From assembly GCA_964229355.1 (NCBI GenBank), contig CAXRDE010000016.1, positions 83,732 through 147,731 of the forward strand: 64,000 nt of DNA, read 5' to 3'. The notes under the pieces were generated by a model. It saw only the letters and a list, made by a program, of their open reading frames with translations, was not told the DNA's origin and searched no databases. Each line of letters starts with the position of its first letter. The first letter of the stretch is position 1. Source of the DNA: Candidatus Sericytochromatia bacterium (GTDB taxonomy: Bacteria > Cyanobacteriota > Sericytochromatia > UBA7694). The position numbers and the translations under genes are program-made. Positions 37,458 through 47,475 of this stretch are shown in pieces.

Positions 37458-39710
37458 ATGGTTGCTCAAAACCCCAATGTCTCTTTTTCGCGTGCAAAAA
37501 ATTCCCCTGGTTTTACGGATGTAAAAGCTGCGTCCACAGCGTCTCTTGCGGCCAATCAGATGTCTTTTGAGGTGCAAGCCCCTGTGATCGAACCGGTGGC
37601 TACAGAGAATGCCTTGCAGCATTTTGGGGCTTCCTCTCATGCGCCCAATCGTTTTTCTTTCCAGAAAGCGGCCTCAGCCCCTGCTGATTTGGCGTCCCTT
37701 GCCGCGGAAATCCAGCCGTTGCTCAAACAACACGAAACCTTGACGCGCGCGCTTCAGAATTGGAAAAGCTATGGTATTTCAGGAATGACGCAGCTTCAGG
37801 CCCGTCAGGCCCTGCGTAAAATCTCTCGCACGCTCGAGCCCCTGTTGCAGAATCACAATCAGCTTCAGCAACAGCGTTTAGAGATGCAAAAAGAAGGGCT
37901 AAGCCAGGCGGTTTTTTCTGATTTGCTGTCCCGGTATGCTGCGCAAGATTTAAGTATGAATGAAGTGCGAGACATGAGCTCGCCAAAAGCACAAGCACTT
38001 TTTGATGTCATCGATTACTATACGGTCAATCAGAGCCTGGAAAGCATCGCCCGGGATCCAGACGCACCTCAATTGGACGTGCAAAAAGGCATGGATTTGG
38101 TGTATGCCCGGCTGATGGCTAATTTTGTAGAAAAAGAGACAAATGCCGCAGCAGAGCTGTTGTTTTCTCAGCTGGCTGAAAACCCACATCTGTCTTTGAC
38201 CAGGAGCCAGGAGGAATTGCTTGAAGCCTATGGCATTGTGCCCAATGGGCAGGGGCAATTGCTCAATTATGCGTCGGGGGAGTTTGTGTCAGCGGCGGAC
38301 TTTGATGATTTCAACCAAATTCTGGCTTATCAAAAAGCCCAGGTGTTGGCGTCGGGTCAAAGTTCGGCCACCTTATCAGCCGCTTCCTCACTGCTTCAGT
38401 TTACGGGCATGCAAGGGGCAGAAATGATGCGTCCTATTTTTGAAAACCCAGAGCTTCAGCAACTCACTGAAAGCGCGCGCATGGCCAATGGGACCCTGGG
38501 GCGTGCTTTATTGGCAAAGCAGCATCTCGAATCACAGGGCCAAATCCTGGATCAGGCGCTGGCTGCAGCCAAAGCGGAGCGCAGTCGCCTGGAAAATCAA
38601 AAAAATGATTTGCTAAAGGGCCTGTCTGCGGTTGAAGAACAGCTCGAAACCACCACACAAGCGCAAGGGGTCGTACAAGAGGTGGCCGCTGAAGTTCAAG
38701 ATCTTGAAACCGAATCGGATGTGGTCAGCTATTTAAAGAGCGCTTCTTTGGGAAAGCGAAGCCTATTAGAGGGCCTGGGTATTAAACTGGAAGGCTCTGA
38801 CCATCGTGGGTGGCAGGTGTCTGTGGCCGGTCAGCCCTGGCGCCCTGGGGCAGGCAGGCAGTTTCTGGGGCAGCGCCTGCAAGAAAAAATCACGGCGCTG
38901 GATCTTAAGGTAGAGTCCTTAAGGTCTCAGACGCAGTCTTTGAAAGCCCAATATGAACGGGTGGATGCCGCGCTCCAGGATGCTGAGAAAACCACTCAAA
39001 ATCTGGAAGTCGCAACGCAAGATTACGAACACGCTTTTAACGTGTATGAGACGGAAATTGATGAACTGCGGGCTTTGCGTGCGGATCCCGAAGCCTGGGC
39101 TGCGCTTTCTCCTGAGGAACAGGCCACTGCTGAGCAATTGTTGTCCGAGGCAGATCAACAAGCGGCCTCGGCAAGACGTCGCTTACAGGCTGCGCGAGAA
39201 GAGCAAAAAGCTTTGCAAGCTACGTTGGAAGAAACCCGTGAGGTACTTGTTCAGGCACAAACACGCATTGAGAATATCTTACAGGGCATTCTGGCTTTGG
39301 CTGCTCAACAGCAAATCTTGCATCAGCAAGTGGGTCAACTGACCGGAGGAACGCTGAGTGTTGCCGATGAAAAAGCGCAGGCGTTGGTCAATCGCGCGGA
39401 GCAGCTTTCTCAAGGGTTAACCCTGGCCCCTGATCCAGAAAGCGAAGATGTGGGGGATTTAATTGCGGAGTGGCAGCGTATTTTAAAAGATACCCAGGCG
39501 CATTTTGCGCAATTATCTGCGGCGTTGCACACCTCGCAGCGCATTGAAAAAGAACGTCTGGCTCACTATGCGCAAGAAGCGTTGGAGTTGAATGCTTATA
39601 CCCAATCCTTCTTAGAAAAAAGCAGCACACAAAAGCAGGACTATCTGTCTCAGATTCAGCGTCAAGTTCAGCAACAGATTCAGCGATTGACAGCGGTGGC
39701 CTTGCCCTAA
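37458..39710 (+). CDS. Cys-free 750-aa coiled-coil protein, unknown function
   Basis: Long Q/L/E/A-rich heptad-like regions. No signal peptide and no Cys in the translation. First gene of the PrkA-containing gene string. Confidence 0.75.
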   Translation: MVAQNPNVSFSRAKNSPGFTDVKAASTASLAANQMSFEVQAPVIEPVATENALQHFGASSHAPNRFSFQKAASAPADLASLAAEIQPLLKQHETLTRALQNWKSYGISGMTQLQARQALRKISRTLEPLLQNHNQLQQQRLEMQKEGLSQAVFSDLLSRYAAQDLSMNEVRDMSSPKAQALFDVIDYYTVNQSLESIARDPDAPQLDVQKGMDLVYARLMANFVEKETNAAAELLFSQLAENPHLSLTRSQEELLEAYGIVPNGQGQLLNYASGEFVSAADFDDFNQILAYQKAQVLASGQSSATLSAASSLLQFTGMQGAEMMRPIFENPELQQLTESARMANGTLGRALLAKQHLESQGQILDQALAAAKAERSRLENQKNDLLKGLSAVEEQLETTTQAQGVVQEVAAEVQDLETESDVVSYLKSASLGKRSLLEGLGIKLEGSDHRGWQVSVAGQPWRPGAGRQFLGQRLQEKITALDLKVESLRSQTQSLKAQYERVDAALQDAEKTTQNLEVATQDYEHAFNVYETEIDELRALRADPEAWAALSPEEQATAEQLLSEADQQAASARRRLQAAREEQKALQATLEETREVLVQAQTRIENILQGILALAAQQQILHQQVGQLTGGTLSVADEKAQALVNRAEQLSQGLTLAPDPESEDVGDLIAEWQRILKDTQAHFAQLSAALHTSQRIEKERLAHYAQEALELNAYTQSFLEKSSTQKQDYLSQIQRQVQQQIQRLTAVALP

Positions 39711-39741
39711 GCTCTGCTAAAATAGAGGAAGGAGGTATGTT

Positions 39742-39924
39742 ATGTCGCGGATTACCACACGTCAAATCAAAATTCCTTTACCTCAAGGCCCCGTAACGGC
39801 CAGCCACATCAAAGGTCATGTGAAACGTCAGATGGCAGCATCAGAGAAACTGGTGCGTGTGGCTTTGACTTCTGTAGAGTCAGATCATATGGTTATAGAA
39901 GCTGGAATACAGCACGATGACTAA
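39742..39924 (+). CDS. Small protein (60 aa) upstream of prkA-like gene
   Basis: Very strong SD GGAAGGAGG 7-8 nt upstream of the ATG. The stop overlaps the prkA-like start by 8 nt. Confidence 0.6.
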   Translation: MSRITTRQIKIPLPQGPVTASHIKGHVKRQMAASEKLVRVALTSVESDHMVIEAGIQHDD

Positions 39925-42202
39925 TCAGACTGAAGGAAAAGCCATGCCAGATACTCCAAATTCAGAATCTTCAACCCAGGCCGCTCAAGCGGAGCGGGCC
40001 AATGCTTTGCTTAACAAAGCCATTTTATCGCTCTCAGAATGGAAAGAACTGGCGATGTTGCGGCCCCAGATCATCCGCTCAGCACCTCAGTACGCTAAAG
40101 ACTGTCTGGAGTACTATGCGCAAACTTCAGAGCAGCGTTTTGGTCGCCGTTACAAGGTGTTAGAGGCTCTGAACCTTTCAGAGAAACCCGATGAACAACT
40201 GGTGGGTCATGGGCATGTGCAGGCCCGTTTGTACGAAATTTTAACCACGCTGTGCCGTGACAACAGCAAAATGATTTTGCTGTTGGGGCCCAATGGTTCA
40301 GCCAAAAGTACCCTCTGGAACGCCATGGCCTATGCCCTGGACTGCTATTCCAAAACCCCTGAAGGGGCGCGCTATACCATTGAGTGGGTCTTTCCTCGCG
40401 ATGAACACTACGGTCGCAAACTCGGCTTTGTGGCCGAAGAGCGCATCGAAGATGATGACTTCACCTTTGCGTTTATGGATGACGAAAAAATTGACAAAAT
40501 TGTTGATGATTCAGGTTGCTCACCGGCCTGGCTGTACGAAAAAGAAGCCCGCCTGAAGTATTTCCCACGCAGTCCGCGCAAATACCTTCTTGAGAATGAA
40601 CTGTCACCGCAAGCCTATAAAATTTTACAAGAACTCATCAACATTTATAAAACCAAGCACAAGGTGCTGACCGAATACTCGCCCGATGAAATTTTAAAAT
40701 TGGCGGAACGCCACATTCGTATTCGCCGCACCTATGTGTCTAAAACCTACCAGGAAGGTTTAACGGTGATTGATCCCGGTAATAATCCCGTTTTTATGAC
40801 CCAGAAATCGCGCCAGCAGTTTGTGTTTGATCGCAAGTCAAACCCTCGCATGCTGAAAAATATCGAAGTACCAGAGCTGACGGGACCGCTGTCAAAAGCT
40901 TCAAACGGCATGATGATTTTAGAGGATTCTCTGGAAGGTATTTTACAGTTTGTAAGTCAGTATTTTAACGACAAGCGTAAGCTCAATATTGATGGGGAAC
41001 GCTATACTTTAGATATTTTGGTGGTGGGTTCCATTAACCCTGAAAAATTTAACCTGTTGCGTCAGGATCCTGAATACAATCGTTTCCGTACCCGTCTTGA
41101 AATTATCAATGTGCCCTATCTGCTGGACTATGCCTTAGAAGCCGATATCTATCGCAGTAAAATCGATGACTTACGGGCTTATTACCATATTGCACCCCAT
41201 ACGGAATCTCTCTTTGCCCTGTTTTGTGTCATGAGTCGTCTGGAACCCATGATGAAGAACCCCCAATACAAAGGCTATGATAGCCAGGAAGATCTGCTGG
41301 CGCTCAAAGATAAGCTACAAAACATGTCTTTGCTCGATAAAGCGCAGATTTACCAGGCGCATCGGGTACCTGAGAGCGTCGCTCAGCGCCATAAGCTCAA
41401 CAGTGAGCAACAGCAAACCATCAATCGCCATCTGGACCTTATTTTTAATGAGTGGAGCCAGGAGGGGCGTCAGTATAATTTCTCTTACCGGGAAGTGGAT
41501 GCCATTATTGACCGGGCCATGATTGATGCACCCCATGGTTTTCTGTCTCCCATTTCCCTCATGAAAAAACTGTCCGATGTGATTCGTTATGAGCGGGAAG
41601 ACTATCCTTTTTTGAAGTCTTCAGAGAAAGACTATGAACAGTTGCTACGGGATTTAGATGCAGAATACTTCCGCATTATTAACGAGGAAATGCGGGACGT
41701 CTTCCGCTTTGACTATGAAAGCCAAATCATTGAAGAAATTGAAACCTACCTGGTAAAAGGCTTAAGGGCCTTGTACCTCGACAAAGCACCGATTCTGGAT
41801 CAGTCGGGTAAAGATATGACCGAGGTCTTTTTAAGTGAGCGAGAAAAGGTGATTTTTGGCGAAAAGCAAACCGAAGCCCAACGCCAGAAGTTCTGGTATG
41901 ACTTTTCAGCGCGGGTTAACCCTGAACTCAGTACCACAGACAATATTCGCAAAATCTTTGAAACCCAGGTCTACCAGGCCCGAGAACGCTTGTACCAACA
42001 ACGCCGTTCAGAGATCGAGAAAAAACTCGATCATATGCTGGCCATGTTAGAAGGTGAAAAACTCACGAGCTTGAGTGCTCAGGAGCGTTTAGAGATTGAA
42101 AGCAATATTGAAAAACTACTTGCCAAAGGGTATACACGGGACTCAGCCCATGAGTTAACCGGTTACTTAAAAACCCATCTGGATCGACTGGTGAAGTCAT
42201 GA
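39917..42202 (+). CDS. prkA: PrkA/YeaG-family AAA/serine-kinase-like protein (divergent)
   Basis: Walker A LLLGPNGSAKST. ASNGMMILEDSLEG...ILVVGSINPEKF...RLEIINVPYLLDYALEADIY aligns with YeaG ANQGIMEFVEMFK...IILAHSNESEW...RVYIVKVPYCLRISEE. C-terminal KGYTRDSAHELTGYL resembles KGYTRKQVRLLCEWYL. Confidence 0.8.
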   Translation: MTNQTEGKAMPDTPNSESSTQAAQAERANALLNKAILSLSEWKELAMLRPQIIRSAPQYAKDCLEYYAQTSEQRFGRRYKVLEALNLSEKPDEQLVGHGHVQARLYEILTTLCRDNSKMILLLGPNGSAKSTLWNAMAYALDCYSKTPEGARYTIEWVFPRDEHYGRKLGFVAEERIEDDDFTFAFMDDEKIDKIVDDSGCSPAWLYEKEARLKYFPRSPRKYLLENELSPQAYKILQELINIYKTKHKVLTEYSPDEILKLAERHIRIRRTYVSKTYQEGLTVIDPGNNPVFMTQKSRQQFVFDRKSNPRMLKNIEVPELTGPLSKASNGMMILEDSLEGILQFVSQYFNDKRKLNIDGERYTLDILVVGSINPEKFNLLRQDPEYNRFRTRLEIINVPYLLDYALEADIYRSKIDDLRAYYHIAPHTESLFALFCVMSRLEPMMKNPQYKGYDSQEDLLALKDKLQNMSLLDKAQIYQAHRVPESVAQRHKLNSEQQQTINRHLDLIFNEWSQEGRQYNFSYREVDAIIDRAMIDAPHGFLSPISLMKKLSDVIRYEREDYPFLKSSEKDYEQLLRDLDAEYFRIINEEMRDVFRFDYESQIIEEIETYLVKGLRALYLDKAPILDQSGKDMTEVFLSEREKVIFGEKQTEAQRQKFWYDFSARVNPELSTTDNIRKIFETQVYQARERLYQQRRSEIEKKLDHMLAMLEGEKLTSLSAQERLEIESNIEKLLAKGYTRDSAHELTGYLKTHLDRLVKS

Positions 42203-43041
42203 GTTCGTCCATGGCCATCCGTCCCGCCGCCGTGTCCGGTTTGTTTTATCCTGCCGAACCTGAGCGCTTGCGCGCTGATGTCCTTGCCTACTTAGCTGCC
42301 GGAGAACAGCACCGTCGCCAGCACAACGTGCTGGCGACCTTGACTGAACTCAAGGCTTTGATTGTTCCCCATGCCGGGTATGTGTATTCGGGAGCGACGG
42401 CGGGGCGGGCTTATGCGGAGTTGGCGTGTTTACAGAAAAAACCCCGCAAAATTCTGTTGTTGGGCCCGGCTCATCGGGTATACACGCCGTTTATTTCTGT
42501 GGCTGCTGTACAGGCTTATCAAACACCTTTAGGCCCCGTCAACGTTTCTGAGGTGGCTTTGTCTTTGGCTCAAACCTATGGGTTTATGCCTGCTGTGCAT
42601 CAGCAGGAGCATTCTCTTGAGGTTCAGCTTCCCTTTCTACAATGTATTTTGCCTGATTTTGAACTGATTCCCATTGTGGTAGGGGGCGCTGATCCGGCCA
42701 GATTGGCCACTGTGATTGCACCGCTTTTGGACGATGAAACCCTGTTATTGATCAGCACGGACTTGAGTCACTTCTTGACAGATGACCAGGCACGCCTGCG
42801 AGATGCACAAAGTCACCAGGGCATTGTGAACTTAGATATTGAAGGATTTAGGCAAAAGGGAGACGCTTGCGGTAAAATTGGCGTATTGACGGCAATGATA
42901 TTAGCGAAACAAAACCAGTGGTCGAGCTTCTTTTTAGACTATACCAATTCCAGTGATGCCAGTGGTGATCGCTCGCGGGTGGTGGGCTATGGAGCCTATG
43001 CCATGGGCTTAAAAACAAACCATGAGGACAAACAACAGTGA
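42199..43041 (+). CDS. Memo1/AmmeMemoRadiSam system protein B family
   Basis: IVPHAGYVYSGATAGRAY and HSLEVQLPFLQ motifs. ATGA overlap with the prkA-like stop. Confidence 0.8.
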   Translation: MSSSMAIRPAAVSGLFYPAEPERLRADVLAYLAAGEQHRRQHNVLATLTELKALIVPHAGYVYSGATAGRAYAELACLQKKPRKILLLGPAHRVYTPFISVAAVQAYQTPLGPVNVSEVALSLAQTYGFMPAVHQQEHSLEVQLPFLQCILPDFELIPIVVGGADPARLATVIAPLLDDETLLLISTDLSHFLTDDQARLRDAQSHQGIVNLDIEGFRQKGDACGKIGVLTAMILAKQNQWSSFFLDYTNSSDASGDRSRVVGYGAYAMGLKTNHEDKQQ

Positions 43042-44753
43042 GTTTTATTGAGCGTAAAAAAGCGGCTGTACACAAAATGCATGCCCATATTATGGGGCGA
43101 CATGCTGAAATCGCGGCGGTCAAATACAGTTTAAAGCAAATGCAGGCCCGCTTACAGCAGCAAAAAGTCAAAGATTATGCCAATATTTTTTACTTTTATG
43201 GGATTCCGGGCACCGGTAAGTCGACGCTTTTGCAGGCCATTTATCAAGACTGTGAGCAGGGAGAATTAGGGTATCGTCCGCTGACTGTTTGGCTGGATTT
43301 TCATTTGATTAACACCTCTCACTCCTCAGGCCGAGAAGCTTTTTTGGTGGCCCTGGCCCATGCGATGATGGACATGAGTCAGGAACTGGTCCCCTATTTT
43401 CAACCCTTGTTGGCCCGGTGGGACCGTTTTAACAAAGAAGCCTCAGCCCCGGCCTCTTCCGCCGCTCAGGTGCCTGTGGCTCCACCCTCGCAACAGCCGG
43501 CACCCCGCCGAAGCGCCACCAGCTCAGCCTATGCCACAATGGCTGGTCTACAGGGGGCCGGTAATCGCAGTGTTCAGTCTATTGCCCGCAGTGTTAACCG
43601 CAATATGCAAGCCATTCAGGCAGGTCAGCGCCCTCCGGCCATGGGACAGCCGCCGATGGGAGCGGCAGCGACGCCAGAAGTGCTTCACGAGCTACTGGAC
43701 TTGTTTGTGAAAGCTGTCGACAAAATTTCGGCGTCTTGCCCGGTACTGTTTCTTATGGATCATTATGAGCAGTTTTCGCACCACGACAGTTGGTTCCGTC
43801 AGGGTTTTTTACCCGCTTTTCAACGGGAACTGGTGGTCGCCATTGGCGGACAAGACAATTTGCATGAAGCGTTTAAGCAGTCTTTCGGAAAAGTTGCGGC
43901 TTGTGTGCGTTTACGCCCTTTCAATGTTTTTGAAACCGGCCTGTATTTAAAGCAAAACAACCGCCTTCAGGACGATACACTGATTCAGGCGGTGCAAGAT
44001 TTAACCGGCGGAGTTCCTGTGGCTCTGTCAATGATCTCTAGTGCCTTCCAACATACAATTCAACGCTCTACCCCCGCCCAATTGCTTGAGTTTTTGGCTT
44101 ACCCGGATGTAGACTATGGCGACCAAATGGACAAATATATTGCGTATATCTGTCTCGACGAGTTTCCGGCCACCGACAAAAACATGCTGGCAACCCTCGC
44201 GATTATGCGTGATTTTCAACCGGAGTTGTTCCAGCAATTGTCAGGGGTTATGAATGTGAAGCGTACCCTTGAGCACCTTTCTCAACGCTATCCTTTTGTG
44301 ACCCCCAATGGCCACATGAGTGACTTTGTTTCGCGTACGCTGCGCGGTTATTTTAAGCAAGAGCTGCCAACACTCTTTACAGAAATAAACCAGGGTGCTT
44401 ATGCTTATTATATGAGCTTAATTCAGGCCCATCCCGAAGAGGCTTCGCTTTTCTTTGAGTCGCTTTACTATTACTTTCATTTAGATGCCCATAAAGCCTA
44501 CCAAAACTTTATTCAATTGATTTCACATTATTTGCATAAAGACTTAGACATGTGCGATGAGGTGTGTCTGGCCGCTTTAGAAGCCTCGATTCCCAAAAGC
44601 TGGCGTGAAGAAGTCGAGCGGATTGCAGAGGGATTGGGCGGCTTTCGTAAAAAGGATGCCAGAAGCTCTCAGGTGGTGTTGGCGGCAATCTCAAACTCCT
44701 CGCCACCCAGCGATGACAATTTCTATCTTAACTATATTGAGGCCATATCTTAA
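43038..44753 (+). CDS. P-loop NTPase (AAA/STAND-like) with low-complexity P/A/Q insert
   Basis: Walker A FYGIPGTGKSTLL, Walker B-like VLFLMDHYE. Insert APASSAAQVPVAPPSQQPAPRRS...QRPPAMGQPPMGAAATP. GTG start overlaps the previous stop (GTGA). Confidence 0.65.
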   Translation: MSFIERKKAAVHKMHAHIMGRHAEIAAVKYSLKQMQARLQQQKVKDYANIFYFYGIPGTGKSTLLQAIYQDCEQGELGYRPLTVWLDFHLINTSHSSGREAFLVALAHAMMDMSQELVPYFQPLLARWDRFNKEASAPASSAAQVPVAPPSQQPAPRRSATSSAYATMAGLQGAGNRSVQSIARSVNRNMQAIQAGQRPPAMGQPPMGAAATPEVLHELLDLFVKAVDKISASCPVLFLMDHYEQFSHHDSWFRQGFLPAFQRELVVAIGGQDNLHEAFKQSFGKVAACVRLRPFNVFETGLYLKQNNRLQDDTLIQAVQDLTGGVPVALSMISSAFQHTIQRSTPAQLLEFLAYPDVDYGDQMDKYIAYICLDEFPATDKNMLATLAIMRDFQPELFQQLSGVMNVKRTLEHLSQRYPFVTPNGHMSDFVSRTLRGYFKQELPTLFTEINQGAYAYYMSLIQAHPEEASLFFESLYYYFHLDAHKAYQNFIQLISHYLHKDLDMCDEVCLAALEASIPKSWREEVERIAEGLGGFRKKDARSSQVVLAAISNSSPPSDDNFYLNYIEAIS

Positions 44754-44754
44754 C

Positions 44755-45237
44755 ATGCGTCATTTTTTACTTACCTTTTGTGTTGCTTTGACTTTTTCTG
44801 TGCCGACCTTCGCTTCTTTTACGCAGGCAAAGGCTGCTGAGGTAGAGACTTTTCGTCCCAGTGAGCGCGCCGCAACCCTCTTTTTTCAGGGGCAAGCTTT
44901 TGCCAGCCAGGGCAAGTTTGACCAGGCCATGGACGCCTATGTACAAGCGGTGGCCCTTGAACCCCGTTACAGTCAGGCCCGTCTGTCGCTTGCTATTTTA
45001 TATGGTAAGGCTAAAAAGTATGACAAAGCCTTAAAAGAGATTGCGGTGATCCAAAAGCAAAACCCTAAAGATTATCTGAGTTACAAGGTTCAGGGGCTTT
45101 TGCTCCAGGATACCAAAGCCTACCCCGCAGCGGCTGACGCCTTTGAAATGTATTTGAAGCTGGCACCGGCTCAGCAAGTTAAAGATGCTGAAGAACTCAT
45201 GCAACGTATTGATGCCCTGAGAAAGGAAACGCCATAA
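44755..45237 (+). CDS. Secreted TPR-repeat protein
   Basis: Signal peptide MRHFLLTFCVALTFSVPTFA. TPR units (AATLFFQGQAFASQGKFDQAMDAY...). ATG 1 nt after the upstream stop. The track ORF start at 44605 lies inside the previous gene. Confidence 0.7.
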   Translation: MRHFLLTFCVALTFSVPTFASFTQAKAAEVETFRPSERAATLFFQGQAFASQGKFDQAMDAYVQAVALEPRYSQARLSLAILYGKAKKYDKALKEIAVIQKQNPKDYLSYKVQGLLLQDTKAYPAAADAFEMYLKLAPAQQVKDAEELMQRIDALRKETP

Positions 45238-45524
45238 TGGCCACTTACCGTTACCGCTATTTACGTACCATGTACGATAAAATCGTGGGGGTTGCTGTGC
45301 AAAAGCCGGATGGCAGCCTGATTATGCAAATTGGTAAACAGTTGATTGAGTTTGGCAGTGACGCACCGAGTTTAAATATGTTGAACCATTATGTGGAAAC
45401 CATCGCCGAAAAGCCTCAATTTAAACCGCTAGCCATTTATGATGTCAGCAAGGTATACACCACGCAAAACTTCGTAAGCTGTCAACGATTAATGGACGAA
45501 GGCAAAAACTTTCTTATTGAATAG
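45237..45524 (+). CDS. Hypothetical 95-aa protein, last gene of the PrkA string
   Basis: TAATG overlap with the upstream stop. No family recognised. Confidence 0.5.
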   Translation: MATYRYRYLRTMYDKIVGVAVQKPDGSLIMQIGKQLIEFGSDAPSLNMLNHYVETIAEKPQFKPLAIYDVSKVYTTQNFVSCQRLMDEGKNFLIE

Positions 45525-47475
45525 CTTGAGCGGACTGGGCAACGACTTTTTCGTTGAACCAGTTGAGTACATCAGTTTCTAAGCCTTGAAAATCAAAGGC
45601 ATATTCTTGTACGTGCCGCTGGCAACCCGCTTTTATTTCAGGGTGAGTGGCAACATGAATGGCCTGGGCCACGGGGTCCAGGTGTTGTAGCTCGCTGAGG
45701 CCCTGCCACTGCATGCTTTCATAGAGCTTGTTTACCCAATTCCCATTCCAACTGTCTCGTTCAAAACCAATGATCGGGGTTCCCAGGCTTAAATATTGCC
45801 ACCATAAATGTTTGAGGGGCACATAGGGGGGATCGATTAAAACATCCACGTGTTGGGCTACCGCTGCCTGACTGACCCGGTTAAGGGGCGGCAAGATATG
45901 CATACGCTCTGCGGTTTGAGGGTAGGTATCCTGGATGTGTACACGCCAACTTCTTTCTCCCTCTGGCGTATCGGAGGCCAAAAAGAAAATATTACCCAGG
46001 GGATCCTGTTGCAAGAGGGCATCGCAATGCGCAAAAAATTGAGGGTGCAGCTCCGTAAGGTTAAAGGGACAGAAATAATAGTGTTGATCGGGCTTGAGGT
46101 TAAATGCACTCAGGGGAATGGGGTGTTCGGGTTGAGCGCTTTTTTTAACGGGATCACCGGGCAGTGGCGTGACAGTAAATCCTTGAAGCTCAGCGGGTAG
46201 CGGCTCGGTGGGGGTGGTTTTTTGATAGACCAGGACCTCGTCAATAAAGCGAGGATCCGCAAGGATGCCAGGCTCTGTGGCCCACAATCCTTGATAGGGC
46301 GCAATGCGTTCATTGCTTAGAAAAGTCAGTTGTTTAGGGCTGTGGGCATGGTGTAAATAGAGAATGATATGGGGCTGGTGGCTTTTTACCTGTGTATATG
46401 CCGTTGGGATATCATCAGACAAAATCACCGTTTTTAACCAGTGCTCTTCACTCAGGTCCAAAGGAAAAGCCTGAGAGCCAAAAAGCGTCACGCTGTGTTG
46501 GCGACACATTTTCACAAGTAGGGTGTTCAAGGCTTGCGTTGCAACGGCTGTAAAATCGCCTACAATGGCAATACGTATTGCTGAAGTGGATAGCGGACTA
46601 ACCGACAGCGCCGGAGATGCACTGGCCCAAAAGTGCATACGCTGTTGAATAGCGTGCAGAAGCTGTTTATAGAGTGCCTGAGCTTCAGATGCTGCAGGAT
46701 TGCTGAGGCGCTTATAAAAATGAGGCAAAAACCAGGCGAACAATGGAATGCTCTGGGAGTTTTCGTAACAGGTTTTTTTCTGTAGGGCTTCTTTGTGCAC
46801 TGCGGTGGTATCGTTGATACCGCGGGTAAAAGGCAGATAAGGGCTAAAGCTGGCCGCCATAAAATGGCTTTCCCAGGTGGGGTATTTCTTGACAACTTCT
46901 TCTAAACATTGCCGGGCTGCGGAGAAATGTCCGCGTTGATCATTCAGCATAAGAGACATGGACAAAGCGTGCAGGTGTAGGGTGTTGGTTTCTTTATAAT
47001 AGCCTAAGAAAGTCGTGAGCCACTGTAAGGCCTGTGCCCGATTGCCCATCAAATATGAAATTCGGGCCATAAAAAAAGGAATTTTGCCCGGGGAAACACC
47101 TTTGCTTAAGGCCAGTTGAAACAGGGACAAAGCGTCCTGATACTGCTTTTGGGCCGCAAAGACGTGAGCTGTGCCGCACAACGCATCATGATGGGCCTGG
47201 GGATCACTTTCTGTCCACTGTAGCAGCTTGTGGTAATAAGCCAAAGATTGGATGGGGGAATCACTGAGTGTGTAATAGACAGCCACACGCCAGAGGTCCT
47301 GCAGGTGCCAGTCAAAGGCTTCAATATTGCGCTTCAACAGGCGTTCAGTTACCGTGGTTTTGATTTCTAAGGCGACTTCAGCAACTTTGTCAGGTAAAAA
47401 GAGAAGAAACTCTTTTTGGAATGAAGAAAGGGGTGTCATGGGGTTTGCTCGCTTCGGGACTGAATGAGTCCGCAT
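45514..47475 (-). CDS. TPR plus GT41 (SPINDLY/OGT-like) glycosyltransferase
   Basis: N-terminal TPR-like repeats. C-terminal half resembles GT41 (YYFCPFNLTELHPQFFAHCDALLQQDPLGNIFFL). An alternative ATG at 47439 would give an ATGA overlap with the GT4 stop. Confidence 0.65.
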   Translation of the reverse strand: MRTHSVPKRANPMTPLSSFQKEFLLFLPDKVAEVALEIKTTVTERLLKRNIEAFDWHLQDLWRVAVYYTLSDSPIQSLAYYHKLLQWTESDPQAHHDALCGTAHVFAAQKQYQDALSLFQLALSKGVSPGKIPFFMARISYLMGNRAQALQWLTTFLGYYKETNTLHLHALSMSLMLNDQRGHFSAARQCLEEVVKKYPTWESHFMAASFSPYLPFTRGINDTTAVHKEALQKKTCYENSQSIPLFAWFLPHFYKRLSNPAASEAQALYKQLLHAIQQRMHFWASASPALSVSPLSTSAIRIAIVGDFTAVATQALNTLLVKMCRQHSVTLFGSQAFPLDLSEEHWLKTVILSDDIPTAYTQVKSHQPHIILYLHHAHSPKQLTFLSNERIAPYQGLWATEPGILADPRFIDEVLVYQKTTPTEPLPAELQGFTVTPLPGDPVKKSAQPEHPIPLSAFNLKPDQHYYFCPFNLTELHPQFFAHCDALLQQDPLGNIFFLASDTPEGERSWRVHIQDTYPQTAERMHILPPLNRVSQAAVAQHVDVLIDPPYVPLKHLWWQYLSLGTPIIGFERDSWNGNWVNKLYESMQWQGLSELQHLDPVAQAIHVATHPEIKAGCQRHVQEYAFDFQGLETDVLNWFNEKVVAQSAQAIQ

